Shown: in pieces, positions 1 through 12,376 of the stretch
Layout of the letters: each line of letters begins with the position of its first letter
Position numbering within the stretch: position 1 is the stretch's first letter
Sequence record: CP166271.1
Strand: one strand, 5' to 3'
DNA length: 32,000 nt
Made by a program: the position numbers and the translations under genes
Notes under the pieces: model-generated
The model's input: only the letters and a program-made list of their open reading frames with translations
Told to the model about the DNA's origin: nothing
Database searches by the model: none

Positions 1-2450
1 CTTACGCGACTGATAGATGTGTAAATCAAACAGTAAAGCAAGATTATGCCATTAAACTTGAGAAGTAATAAACATAATTATATTATTTGTGTCTTTTCAC
101 TTACTTATACATTATATAAATATACAAATAATATAATTAAAAATAAGACGTAAAATATTCTTATTTTTAATTACATCTATTTACAATATAGATAAAATCT
201 TACTTGCATTAAAAAAAATTAAATTCTAACTTAATAGATATATACGTGAATTAGTTATAACTTTAGTTATACCAAATAACAAACTAAAAAAAAATAGACT
301 ATAGTCTATTTTTATATATCATAATTAAATCATAACAATTTTACAAAATTAACTTTGGATACACCCAGGTACTTTTATGGGATCTGTGCCCCGCATAAAC
401 TGTCTCCTAACAATTGTTCCTTAAAAAAAAAGGTAATTAATATGAAATACTTTTTAAAGGTGTTTCAATTCTGTTAACACTACCTTATACACTAAAAAAT
501 CGTACTTCATATTCAATAACAAGTAACAGTAAAGCTGCATAGGGTCTTCTCGTCTAACTAGAGGTAAACTGTATCTGCACAGTTATTCCAATTTCACTGG
601 AGCCAATCATTGAGACAGCTGTTGTATCGTTAAATCATTCATGCAAGACCGCATTTAACGGCCAAGGTATTCCGCTACCTTAGGACCCTCATAGGTAAGG
701 CCGCCATTGATCGGGGTTTCCTTCAAAACCAAGCTTAAAATAAACTAAGCAAATCCGTTAACCAGCCGACATTGGGCAGAAATCACACTCAATACTTTGA
801 TTTATTATCTTACTGCAGAGTGCTTTGTTTTAATTAAACAGTCGTACAACACTATTCCATGCTTCCTTTTCTTTACTTGATATTAATCAAGAGGAATGGC
901 TCTCCTTATCCCGAAGTTACGGTAGTTAGTTTTGCCGAGTTCCTTAATGATTGTTCACTCAAACGCCTTCGTATTCTCTACTAGCTTACTTGTGGTAGTT
1001 TTTAGGTACGGTTTTTCTAAGCTTTATATTTCTCATCTTTTAGTTTGTTAAAATATAAAGTATTATAACAGTTTTTCCAGAACCTTCCTCACTAATTATT
1101 ATATATTTTAATATATGTTAATAAAAAAAATATATAATAAGGAAGGTTGTTACTTGTAATTAAGATTTTCTCATCGTTTAATCCTTTAGGTTGGTAAACT
1201 TAGAGGCCGTTACTTTATAAAATCCATAAGCTTTAGGCGAGGGTATTTACCCTTTTCCGTTACTCATGTCAGCATTCTCACTTGGGTTATCTAATATTTA
1301 TTCTTAAAAAAATAAGTCTAAGATTTACCCAACGTTCTGCTACCCCATTAAATATAAATGTTTTGTCTTATATTTCTGCTTGCGCTAGAGTTTATTACAT
1401 ATATATTAATATATGTAATACTAATATGTTTATATTTTAATGGACAAGGTGTCGGTATATTGTTTAGATCCGTTAAATCTTCCGGTGCTACTACTACTGT
1501 ATATGTTAATATACTAAACCAGTGCTCTGTTACGAGATCTTCAAAAAATGGACCGCTTCTAAGCCAATTTCCTGGCCGTATTTTTATAGAAACATCCTTA
1601 ATTTCACTTAACAATAATTTTGGAACCTTAACTCTTGTTCTGGGCTGTTTCCCTTTAGACATACAACCTTATCGTACTATGTCCGATTATTCAAAATTCA
1701 TCATTGCCCTTTCGAGTGCGAATACTCACCGATAAAATCTTCACGATTGCCCGATATATGCAAAATTATTAATAAAGTTGCCTGAGATCACAGTTCTGTA
1801 CCTGCTATGATGTAATTTGAATTACCTACTTTTATAGGTTTCGCAGAAAACCAGCTATCCTAGTCAGTGTTGTCTTTTCACTAACTTACCACAGTTCATC
1901 GGATATCTCTACAACGATATGCCGTTCGGGCTTTTATAACCCTGACTGTAGTAAGATCACCAGGCTTCGGGTCTAATTTTAGATACTAATTCATTTTTTC
2001 ATAATTGGTTTATCTGGGCATATATGCTCGCATCTAATATTAACTCGCTGACCCATTATGCAAAAGGTACGCTATCACTTTTATTTAAATAAAGCTAAAG
2101 CTGCTTATAAGACTACTATTTTAACCTTTCCCTCACGGTACTATACGCTATCGCTTATATATTATATTTAGCCTTAGAGGAAGGTTCCCTTATTTTTCAA
2201 ACAGGTTATGCCCGTTCTACTTGATTTAATAAAAATTAAAAAATATTTATTTTTAAATATTTTTATATAGGCTTTTCTATTTTAATTCTCACTAATCATA
2301 GAATCTCGTTTGATTTCTTTTCCTAAAGTTACTAAGATATTTCAATTCACTTCGTTAATTATTTAATTTCTCTAAGAGATAATGTGTACGCTTATCTAAA
2401 AACACAATTTAAACACAAATAATACAGTGCTCTCTTTAATATATAGCTAG
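1..2450 (-). rRNA. rnl: Large subunit rRNA (rnl), exon 1, copy A, cut by the window start; 5' end approximate
   Basis: The reverse complement contains 23S-like blocks. Around 2300-2390: GATAAGCGTACAC...GAAGTGAATTGAAATATCTTAGTAACTTTAGGAAAAGAAATCAAACGAGATTC, matching the 23S 5' domain. It is identical, apart from indels, to 28110..30558. Confidence 0.85.
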
Positions 2451-2565
2451 GAATCCATAATAGTCTCTTTATATACGTTACTGTTATAGTAAGTAAAATT
2501 TTTTATTCGATATCTAAAACATTACTGTACTTATTTTAGACTAGTTTTATACCAGTCTAAACTAT

Positions 2566-2638
2566 TCGGATTATTATGATTCGAACATAACAATTCCTCA
2601 ACCCAAATGAGGCGCCTAACCAACCTGGCTCTAATCCG
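2566..2638 (-). tRNA. trnP: tRNA-Pro (UGG)
   Basis: Cloverleaf read on the reverse complement: acceptor CGGATTA/TAATCCG, anticodon loop TTTGGGT, T-loop TTCGAAT. Confidence 0.88.
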
Positions 2639-2652
2639 TAGTAAAAAAATAT

Positions 2653-2738
2653 CAGAGAATATCCGATTTGAACGGATGTGATCTATTAAACCAAATAAGT
2701 TTCAAGCTTATCACCTTAAACCACTCGGTCAACTCTCT
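2653..2738 (-). tRNA. trnS: tRNA-Ser (UGA), long variable arm
   Basis: Acceptor AGAGAGT/ATTCTCT, anticodon stem ATAAG/CTTAT with loop CTTGAAA, long variable arm, T arm ATCCG-TTCAAAT-CGGAT. Confidence 0.88.
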
Positions 2739-2785
2739 TTATATATTTATGAAATATTTAAAATATATATTTTAAATATATTCTA

Positions 2786-2857
2786 TGATTCCTCAGAGAC
2801 TTGAACTCAGAACATATTCTTATCAAAAATACGCTTTACCAATTAAGCTAAGGAACC
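2786..2857 (-). tRNA. trnI: tRNA-Ile (GAU)
   Basis: Acceptor GGTTCCT/AGGAATC, anticodon loop TTGATAA, T arm CTGAG-TTCAAGT-CTCTG region. Confidence 0.85.
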
Positions 2858-2939
2858 TTATTAAGTCTTTGAATAAATATTTAAATTAAATGAATATAGC
2901 TTAAATATATACATAAATTATATCATAATAAACACTCCT

Positions 2940-3011
2940 TAAGGAATAGGTGATTTGAACACCTAACCTACCGTGTGTAAAACGGTCGCTCTACCATTGA
3001 GCTAATTCCTT
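2940..3011 (-). tRNA. trnV: tRNA-Val (UAC)
   Basis: Acceptor AAGGAAT/ATTCCTT, anticodon stem ACCGT/ACGGT with loop TTTACAC, T-loop TTCAAAT. Confidence 0.88.
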
Positions 3012-3040
3012 TTTTATATTGATTAAGATATATATTTAAT

Positions 3041-3111
3041 CAAGAGTACTCAGATTTGAACTGAGAACATAAAGTTTGAAGCTTCAAGTTTTGCCATTAA
3101 ACTATACTCTT
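3041..3111 (-). tRNA. trnW: tRNA-Trp (UCA), decodes UGA and UGG
   Basis: Acceptor AAGAGTA/TACTCTT, anticodon stem TGAAG/CTTTA with loop CTTCAAA, T arm CTCAG-TTCAAAT-CTGAG. The UCA anticodon supports code 4. Confidence 0.9.
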
Positions 3112-3152
3112 ATTAAAGTTTACAATATTTATACGAATATATTATATGATAC

Positions 3153-3232
3153 CGGAAAAGAGATGATTCGAACATCCAGGTGCATAACACAATATTTAGC
3201 AAATATCTCGCTTTACCAATAGCAACTTTTCC
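3153..3232 (-). tRNA. trnS: tRNA-Ser (GCU), long variable arm
   Basis: Acceptor GGAAAAG/CTTTTCC, anticodon stem GATAT/ATATT with loop TTGCTAA, T arm GGATG-TTCGAAT-CATCT. Confidence 0.88.
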
Positions 3233-3282
3233 TATGCTTAAACCTTACTATAAAAACTTTTAACATGTATATATAATTTTAT

Positions 3283-3354
3283 TACGGTCAGCCGAATTCG
3301 AATCGACAAAAATCGTTTGGAAGACGACAAGTTTACCAATTAACCTATGACCGT
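3283..3354 (-). tRNA. trnG: tRNA-Gly (UCC)
   Basis: Acceptor ACGGTCA/TGACCGT, anticodon stem GTCGT/ACGAT with loop CTTCCAA, T-loop TTCGAAT. Confidence 0.9.
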
Positions 3355-3382
3355 TTTATTTATCTAGTTTTTTACTATACTT

Positions 3383-3454
3383 TAAGACCTGCGGGGTTTG
3401 AACCCGCATAACAAAGATTAAAAGTCTTGCATTTTACCATTAAACTAAGGTCTC
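3383..3454 (-). tRNA. trnK: tRNA-Lys (UUU)
   Basis: Acceptor GAGACCT/AGGTCTT (G1-U72 wobble), anticodon loop CTTTTAA, T arm GCGGG-TTCAAAC-CCCGC. Confidence 0.85.
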
Positions 3455-3592
3455 TATAATGAAATAAATATTAAATATCTAAATTCATGCTAAGTATTTT
3501 ATGCTTAGGCTATAATACAGAACAAAACTTAGTTTAATCAAAGGGAATTAAACCTGAATAATATATAATTAGTGCAATTAAAAACAAATAAA

Positions 3593-4401
3593 TTAAGAAC
3601 CCCAGTAGTAAATTGAAATGAATAAAAATAATCATACTACATCAACAAAATGTCAGTAAAGAATACCAGACTCTAAACCTAAATGATGATTATCTGTTGA
3701 GTGATAGGCTAAAACACGTCAGAAACCCGTAGCAATAAATAGTGTTCCTATTATCACGTGTAATCCATGAAAACCTGTACCGAAATAGAAACATGATCCA
3801 TAAGCTCCATCACTAATTGTGAATGAAGATACAGTATATTCTACACCTTGAAAAAGTGTAAACACAATAGCTAATATAATTGTAGCTACTAATCCGTTTA
3901 AGGTTCCACTTCTATTACCTTGAATTAAGGAATGATGAGCATATGTTACAGTAGTACCTGAAGATAGTAATATTATTGTATTTAATAAAGGTAATTCAAA
4001 TGGATTAATTGCTTCTATACCCATAGGTGGTCATTGAGCACCTAATTCTACAGTAGGAGATAAAGCGCTATGGAAGAATGCTCAAAATATTGCTAAAAAA
4101 ATAATGCTTCTGATACAATAAATAAAGCAACACCCATATTTAATCCACGTTGAACAGCTAAAGTGTGGTTACCTAAATAAGTACCCTCTGATATAACATC
4201 TCTTCATCAAAAAGCCATAGAAGAAACTAATGCTAAAAAAGCAAATACTAAAAATATATATGCGTTATTAAAACCATGCATAGTTAAAACTCCACTAGTT
4301 GTTAAAGTTAATAAAGAAATACACGTGAATAATGGCCATGGTGATGGTGATACTAAATGAAAAGGATGAGATTGAAAATTACTTCTTGTAGAGTATGTCA
4401 T
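3593..4401 (-). CDS. cox3: Cytochrome c oxidase subunit 3; one apparent homopolymer frameshift
   Basis: The code-4 reading gives [24 protein letters not shown]...[25 protein letters not shown]...[27 protein letters not shown]-track pieces 4207..4401 and 3719..4024 join through TGA=Trp. The frame breaks in the A7 run at 4095..4101, and the 809 nt length equals 3n+2. Confidence 0.95.
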
Positions 4402-4508
4402 TTCTATAGTTTATATTCAATTAAATTATATTATAATTTATTAAATATTAAAAATATTTTTGGGGAATATATACATAATAATGCAAATTTGCATTAATTA
4501 AATTTATA

Positions 4509-4581
4509 CGGGTCAGACCGGAGTCGAACCGGCATAATCTTTCTTGACAAAAAAGTTTCTTACCAATTAGAATACTGACCC
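4509..4581 (-). tRNA. trnD: tRNA-Asp (GUC)
   Basis: Acceptor GGGTCAG/CTGACCC, anticodon stem CTTTT/GAAAG with loop TTGTCAA, T arm GCCGG-TTCGACT-CCGGT. Confidence 0.9.
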
Positions 4582-4729
4582 TTCAAAAAAATTGTTTTCC
4601 TTTTGAAGCATTAAACATTATAGCTAATATTTTTTAAGGTATATAAGAAAGTATGCTTAATCGCAATATTGATAAAATTACACTTAAATTAAACTATAGT
4701 TTTTATTAATAATCTGTATAAGGTATAAA

Positions 4730-6191
4730 TTAATAACTATATATTAGAGATGATACTGAATAATGTAAACCATCTAATATAGGAGCAGGATATACACCTA
4801 ATACAACAGTAAATAATACTAGTGTGAATAATATAAAAATTCACGTTTATTAACATCGCTTATATTAGCTTCAAAAAATTTACTAAAGGATCCTGCAAAA
4901 GCTATTCTATTAAACATATATATAGTATAAGCAGCAGAAAATACTATAGATGAACTAGCGAATAGACCTAATAAAGGCAATCTCTCAAATACTCCATAAA
5001 GAGACATAAATTCTCCTACAAAATTTAAAGTAAGAGGAACACCACAATTACCTAATGATAGGATAAAAATAATATAGAAAATAAAGGCATTATTTGAGCA
5101 AGACCCCTATAATAACTTATCAGTCTTGTACCTGATCTATCGTATAATACACCCCCAGCACAAATAAATAAACCACTTGAAACAAATCCATGTGCTAACC
5201 CTAAAGCTATACCACCTTCTATTCCTTGTATAGTATTACTAAATACACCTATTAGGTAAACAGCGGCATGCGATACAGAGCTATAAGCTATTAGTTCTTT
5301 AACATCAATTGTTCTTAAGGTACTGAAACTTGCATATACAATTGTTATAACCCCTATAAGGTATATTATATAAGTATATTCTAAAGAAGCTTTAGGTAAT
5401 AAAGGTAATATAAGTCTAAAAATACCATATAAACTCAATTTTAAAACAATAGCAGCTAATATAATACTACCACTTAATGGAGATTCAACGTGAGCTTTTA
5501 ATAATCATGTGTTCAAAAAGATTGTAGGTGTTTTTACTGCAAATGCTATAAATATACCATAAAATAAAAATAATTGTGTAGAATAATTAAAATTAGTTTT
5601 ATATAGCGCATCGAAATCTGTTGTTCCCATTATAGAAGACATTGATAATATAGATAATAATAAAAATAACGATCCAAATAATGTATATAAAAATAAATAA
5701 AAACTAGCTCTTACTTTATTGTTTGACCCGTATAAACCTATTAATATAAATAATGGAGGCAATATACTTTCGAAAAAGATATAAAATAATAAAATATCTA
5801 ATACCATAAAAACAGCTAATAATAATGTTTCTAATAACAAAATTATTATCAAAAATGATCTTACATTTTCATTTATAGAATTTCAATTACTTAATAATGC
5901 AATAGGAGTTATAAGAGTAGTTAACATAACAAAATAAATAGATAAACCATCTAAACCTAAATAAAAATCAAATGAACTTATTTCATGGTGTTCTTGTACA
6001 AATTGAAATTGATTGCTGCTAAAATCAAATAAAATAAATACAATTATAGAAATAAATAGATTAATGATGGATGTTGTTAAAGCTATTTTTTTTATACGAT
6101 TTAGATATATTACTGATAATTTATAAGATATGTTTGCACTTATTAGTACTATACCTAGTAAAGGAGTAAGTAATAAAGATAATAGTATCAT
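4730..6191 (-). CDS. nad4: NADH dehydrogenase subunit 4; two apparent homopolymer frameshifts
   Basis: ORF-track pieces 5883..6191, 5505..5852, 5052..5438 and 4819..5007 are collinear Nad4 segments (...WLLKAHVESPLSGSIILAAIVLKLSLYG..., ...LIAYSSVSHAAV..., ...GNCGVPLTLNFVGEFMSLYG...). They join by TGA=Trp plus frame breaks at the A5 runs 5065..5069 and 4835..4839. The gene ends ...SSLIYSY* with TAA at 4730..4732. Length 1462 nt equals 3n+1, consistent with two missing bases. Confidence 0.93.
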
Positions 6192-6528
6192 GTGAACTTT
6201 TAGTTCTGAATTAATGAATTTCCCTAAAAAACCAACAAATAAGTATAATTAATATATAAATAAGTATTTTTTATAATTAATATATTCAGGTGAATATAAA
6301 AATTCCTTATAAGGAATTTTTTATATACTAAGGAATAAAGCCAGTTTAAATACACTATATACAACTATATAGTAAAACATTATTTATACTTATTGATTAA
6401 TTAATCTTTCATACATTATAAAGAATCTTTGATAATTATTAAGTTTAAACCTAAATATATAAAATTCTACTTAATAATTATATAATATGATTCAAATAAA
6501 ATTTATTTTTATTACTTTTTAAATATAT

Positions 6529-6603
6529 AAAGGAAAGGATTCGAACCTTTGATAGCTATTTAATTTAGATCCATCATACTCCCACGTAACCTTAATTTTT
6601 TAG
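6529..6603 (-). pseudogene. Degenerate tRNA-like element related to trnY, lacking a recognisable anticodon stem
   Basis: The reverse complement AAGGTTACGTGGGAGTATGATGGATCTAAATTAAATAGCTATCAAAGGTTCGAATCCTTTCCTTT aligns with trnY (8049..8132) at the 5' acceptor/D side and at the variable/T arm (AATAGCTATCAAAGGTTCGAATCCTTT). Most of the anticodon stem is missing. Confidence 0.45.
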
Positions 6604-6866
6604 CCCTAATCATGACGCATCGTATTACTATCTAGAACAAATGCCCTCCCTACTTTCGTAAAGAACCTGCCCTTTACTTTGTAATAAATAGCTGGTAAAC
6701 TGACTAATAGTCAATTTAATTTATTAAAATATCCGGATGCATACTAGACAATCCTCAACCCTGATTTAATCAACCCTACCTGTTAAGAAAAACATTCTAT
6801 TGAGAGCCCATAATTATTCTATAGACATATGATAGAATTAGTAATTATTTAATAAAAAACATATTT

Positions 6867-7126
6867 AATAAAATATGGATACCATTAAGCCGGTTTCTGT
6901 TATAGTTATTAATCCATAATAAGGCTTAACTTAAAGCTTGTAAGTTCGTTAATAATCTTTTACTATATATTATTACATATACATTTTGCTATAGTTTTAT
7001 TTTTTTTATTATAGAAAGATTTTATTTATTTTCTGTTTAATACTAAAATTTTTATTTAACACTCATTTTTAGGTGTTTATGTTTAATAAGCGCTGGACTT
7101 TCCTATACTTAGAAAAAATATTTATG
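6867..7126 (-). ncRNA. rnpB: Mitochondrial RNase P RNA (rnpB-type); ends approximate
   Basis: The minus strand carries the two universally conserved P4-forming blocks. CR-I, AGGAAAGTCCAGCGC, is the reverse complement of 7091..7105. CR-V, ACAGAAACCGGCTTAATGG, is the reverse complement of 6882..6900. They lie about 200 nt apart with an AT-rich interior. A possible P1 pairs CATAAATAT (near 7118..7126) with ATATTTTAT (near 6867..6876). Confidence 0.62.
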
Positions 7127-7178
7127 CTGTAAGTATCACAAAAATTAATAAAAACTGCTTGCAAATAAGCAGTATTGT

Positions 7179-7778
7179 TTAATTTGTCATATTATCTTTT
7201 TGTTTTATAGTTATTACAATAGCACCTACCATAGCTAAAAGTAAAATAATAGAAGTTAATATTAACCATATACTATGACTAGTATACATTATATTACCTA
7301 TATTTGTAATATGACTAGTTTCAGCTAAATTACCATCTCATATTTTACTAATAGCAAAATAAATTCTAGTATTATCCATAACATAACTATTAAAAGAAAT
7401 AACATTATAAGGTAATAAAGGATAAACAGGGTTAATAAAAGAAATGATTATAAGTATAACTAACGGTATACTTTTATTTGTACTACTTAATAATTCACTT
7501 ATTCTTATATTAATTAACATCAATATAAAAAGAAATAGAATTGATACAGCACCTACATAAACTAATAAATAAGAAAACCCAATAAAATTTAAACCTAACA
7601 TCATAAGATAACCAGCAATACTAAAAAATAAACCTATTAAAAATAAAACAGAAACAATAGGATTTTTACTAACAATAACCAATACACCACATAGGATAGA
7701 TAATACAGATAATAAATCTAAAAACTCTATTTTAAATCCATTTGTATATACTTCATTTAACATATATAATTTATCCAT
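7179..7778 (-). CDS. nad6: NADH dehydrogenase subunit 6
   Basis: ORF 7338..7778 (MDKLYMLNEVYTNGFKIEFLDLLSVLSILCGVLVIVSKNPIVSVLFLIGLFF...) continues through TGA=Trp to ...SIWLILTSIILLLAMVGAIVITIKQKDNMTN* with TAA at 7179..7181. The 600 nt are in frame. Confidence 0.9.
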
Positions 7779-7912
7779 AAAAAAAATAAAAAAACTTTTA
7801 CCTCAAAATATTTCCAATAAGAAACCTCTAATCACTATTTTTTAGAATAAATATAAATAAATATAATTATTTAGAGGAAGAATATTAAAACTAAAAAGTA
7901 CAAAATAGGCTA

Positions 7913-7983
7913 AGCCTTCAAGATGAATCGAACATCTATTCTAATATTAACAGTATTACGTTCTACCATTGAACTATAAAGGC
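7913..7983 (-). tRNA. trnN: tRNA-Asn (GUU)
   Basis: Acceptor GCCTTTA/TGAAGGC, anticodon stem TAATA/TATTA with loop CTGTTAA, T arm AGATG-TTCGATT-CATCT. Confidence 0.88.
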
Positions 7984-8048
7984 TAAAAAAAAAGAGCCTT
8001 ATAAGACAATTTTATTTATTAATAAAAACTTTATAATAATAAAACGTT

Positions 8049-8132
8049 AGGAAGAAAAGGACTTGAACCTTCGACAGCTATTAACTATTGAGTTTACAGC
8101 TCAACCCGTCATACCTACAAACGGAACCTTCC
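8049..8132 (-). tRNA. trnY: tRNA-Tyr (GUA), long variable arm
   Basis: Reverse complement GGAAGGTTCCGTTTGTAGGTATGACGGGTTGAGCTGTAAACTCAATAGTTAATAGCTGTCGAAGGTTCAAGTCCTTTTCTTCCT. The anticodon stem TTGAG/CTCAA is perfect, with loop CTGTAAA. Confidence 0.85.
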
Positions 8133-8160
8133 TTTTTTTATTTTTTTTTCATGTTCAATT

Positions 8161-9940
8161 TAACTATTCCCGTGCAATTTCCACTACACGAACCATATTT
8201 CGACTTAACACCAATTAAAGTCACGCATACGAAAATCTTCCATAAAAATTTTTAGAAATAATTATCTAAATTAAAATTGTATAAAAACTAAACTTATTGC
8301 ACACACTTTTTTCAGCGCCTGACGAGTAGTTAGTACCTATCTGAGAGTAATTTCACCGTGACGTGGTGATTCACGATTACTAGTAATTCCTTTTTCATAT
8401 AGTCGAGTTTCAGACTACAATCCATTTTTTATCCTATTTTAATTAGATTAGCTCAAATTCACATTATCGCATCATTTTGTATAGGAAAATGTGGCACGTC
8501 TATAGCCCACAACATTTAGGCCATGATGACTTGTATTAGTCCCTATTTATACAATTTTCCATTATAGATGTTTGTACTACTTTATTGTTATTTTCAACTA
8601 AAGTAAGGGTTTCCGTTAATTTAAGGAGCTATCCAAATCTCACGACATTAACTGCAGACAGCCATGCAACACTTGTAATATCATAGTTGATAATATTCAA
8701 GTTGTGGTAAGGTTTTTCGCGTAATTACGAATTAAATAACATACTTCACTACTGGTTTCAGAAACGGTCTAATGATTTCAGTTCCTGCGTTGCCGCATTA
8801 CTCTTGAGGTGAAATGCTTACACTTTCATTTATAGACTAAATTATTATCTAACCTATGGCATTCATCATTTTCTGCAAGGACTACTAGGGTATCTAATCC
8901 TGTTCGCTACCCAAGCCTTCGTTCCTCAACGTCAGTTATTAAATAAAAGGTTGCTTTCGCCTTTACCAGTCGTTATGGTATCAACGAATTTCAACTCTAC
9001 TCCATAAATACTCACCTCCTTACATATAACTCTAGATTATTCGTATCCTATTAAAGACTAAATAAACCGTCTAGGTACCCTTTAAACCTATTAAAGATGA
9101 ATAACACTAGTCTTTTACATCTTACCGCGACTGCTGGCATGTATTTTGGTCAAGACTTATAGATAGTTTTTTGTCATAATCATATTATCACTATCTAGAA
9201 TTTTACTCAATAAAATTGACGATACACTGTTTACCCATATTATTGAGCAATTAATATATAGACTAATAACATTCGGTTAAGAATGTTTCCCCTTTTAGAT
9301 TATTATTCTATCCAGGGTGCTTTTTTAGTATTTATAATTTTATATAAAATTATAAATATTACAAATACTTAGATAAAAGTATTTGTAGCATAAAAAAAAG
9401 CTTAAAGATCTCACCTTTAAGTCTATTTGAATAAAACAAAAAATTTTGTTTTAAGCAACTGAATAAAAAGATCTATAAAGATTTCTTTTATTCAAACAAT
9501 GTAACTAATTAACTAAATAACCTTTCATTCCTCTAAGTTGCTGGTTCAGCCGTTAGGCTATTGACCAATATTCCCCACTGCTGTACTAAACGTATTGGGG
9601 TTTTTTCAGACCCAATGTGGTCGATCGACCTCTCAGCCTCGACTACGGAATTTTAGGCTAGTTAAACCATTACTTTAACAACTACCTATCCGAAATATTT
9701 ATAGTCCTCCTAAAGCGAAAAATTTTTATAAAAATTTTATATATTTTCTTTATATATGCTTTATACCATACACTATAAGGTATTTATGAACCTTACTTTA
9801 AGGCCGGCAAAAATATTATATACTCACCTGTACACCACTTCTAATAAAATATGTTATATATTAAATTAGACGTTCGATTAGCATGTGTCAAGCACTTAGA
9901 CAGCGTTCATTCAGAGCCATCATCAAACTCATTCAATTAT
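8161..9940 (-). rRNA. rns: Small subunit rRNA (rns); ends approximate
   Basis: Reverse-complement 5' end: AATTGAATGAGTTTGATGATGGCTCTGAATGAACGCTG...CACATGCTAATCGAACG (near 9938). The 530 loop GTGCCAGCAGTCGCGGTAA lies near 9120..9140. The 3' domain reads GGAATTACTAGTAATCGTGAATCA...CGTCA... and ends AAGTCGAAATATGGTTCGTGTAGTGGAAATTGCACGGGAATAG (near 8161). Confidence 0.9.
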
Positions 9941-10141
9941 TTGGTGTAAAAAATTTTTTTTTGATTTCTACACCATTACTGTCGAAATTTTAGAATATAT
10001 TTTTGTAAAAATTATTTTCTAAAACATTTTTAATCTAACCACATACAAAAATGTTTTAGTTTAAACTGATTCTATTATTAATAAATAATTTTTTTTATTA
10101 ATAAGTAATACGCTATAGAGTTAATAGTATAATTTATACTA

Positions 10142-11832
<1,691 letters not shown>

Positions 11833-12044
11833 GAAAAAAGTATTTTTTTTATCAGGGAGTGTGTAAAACTACCCCTAAACGCAAAGTTTTTTGTTTTAAA
11901 TTATTTATAAAAAATCTTTATTAAACTTTGGTAAATATAAATTTAATTTATATATATGTGTATGTTATTAATAATGATAAAATAATTAAATAAAAATTTA
12001 ATAAAATTAAGCAAAAATATTATATAATAAGGGCTATACCAATA

Positions 12045-12113
12045 AAAGAAGAAAAAGATTTGAACTTTTATATATACTTATTACATAGTGCTTTACCTTT
12101 AAGCAATCTTCTC
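12045..12113 (-). other. tRNA-like element E1 (paralogue of 19594..19659) with a non-canonical anticodon region
   Basis: Reverse complement GAGAAGATTGCTTAAAGGTAAAGCACTATGTAATAAGTATATATAAAAGTTCAAATCTTTTTCTTCTTT. The acceptor (GAGAAGA/TCTTCTT), D arm (GCTT/AAGC) and T arm (AAAAG-TTCAAAT-CTTTT) are good. Only 20 nt lie between the D and T stems, and I could not find a convincing 5 bp stem with a 7 nt loop or a sensible anticodon. Confidence 0.5.
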
Positions 12114-12376
12114 TTTTATATACATTACTATGATTATTTTATTGTTCAATAAAAAGTTTTTATTGAAGTTTATTTATATATAATATTGAATAATTAAATA
12201 TATTAGTTAATTAAAGGCTTTATCTAAAAAAAAAATACTTTATAGTCTTCTCCTTTATTTCTCTCTATTAAAGAGGATTTTTTTTGTTTTACTTATAAAA
12301 CATAAAGTTTATAATTACATAATATAAAAATATTATTAAGCTCTTTATATTTATTATTGAATATGTTTAAATTTTA

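Larger units (their letters stand above)
1..3889. repeat. Copy A of a long direct repeat (1..3889 matches 28110..32000); most likely read-through of a circular ~28.1 kb genome
   Basis: Direct comparison of the two stretches. They are collinear through rnl exon 1, eight tRNAs and the cox3 3' part. The offset drifts from 28109 to 28111 because of about 14 small indels. I saw no substitutions. Confidence 0.9.

Noticed and set aside
1348-1735. ORF-track entries 1348..1662 (-) and 1358..1735 (+), with their repeat-copy counterpart 29630..29842 (+)
   Set aside because: They lie entirely inside rnl exon 1, whose 23S-like blocks run through the region. They have no recognisable protein motifs. The plus-strand one changes length between the two repeat copies purely through homopolymer indels.
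1-3889. A genuine segmental duplication of rnl, the tRNA cluster and cox3, or a linear genome with terminal repeats
   Set aside because: The repeat is direct, runs to both window edges, shows no substitutions, and closes the gene order into a standard circular map with a single rnl split by its intron. Read-through of a circle is the simpler explanation.
6529-6603. Reading the anticodon-less tRNA-like element as a tmRNA-like (ssrA) tRNA domain
   Set aside because: I could not build a convincing acceptor stem or find a G3:U70 alanine identity pair. Its clear sequence relationship to trnY makes a decayed or repurposed tRNA copy more likely.
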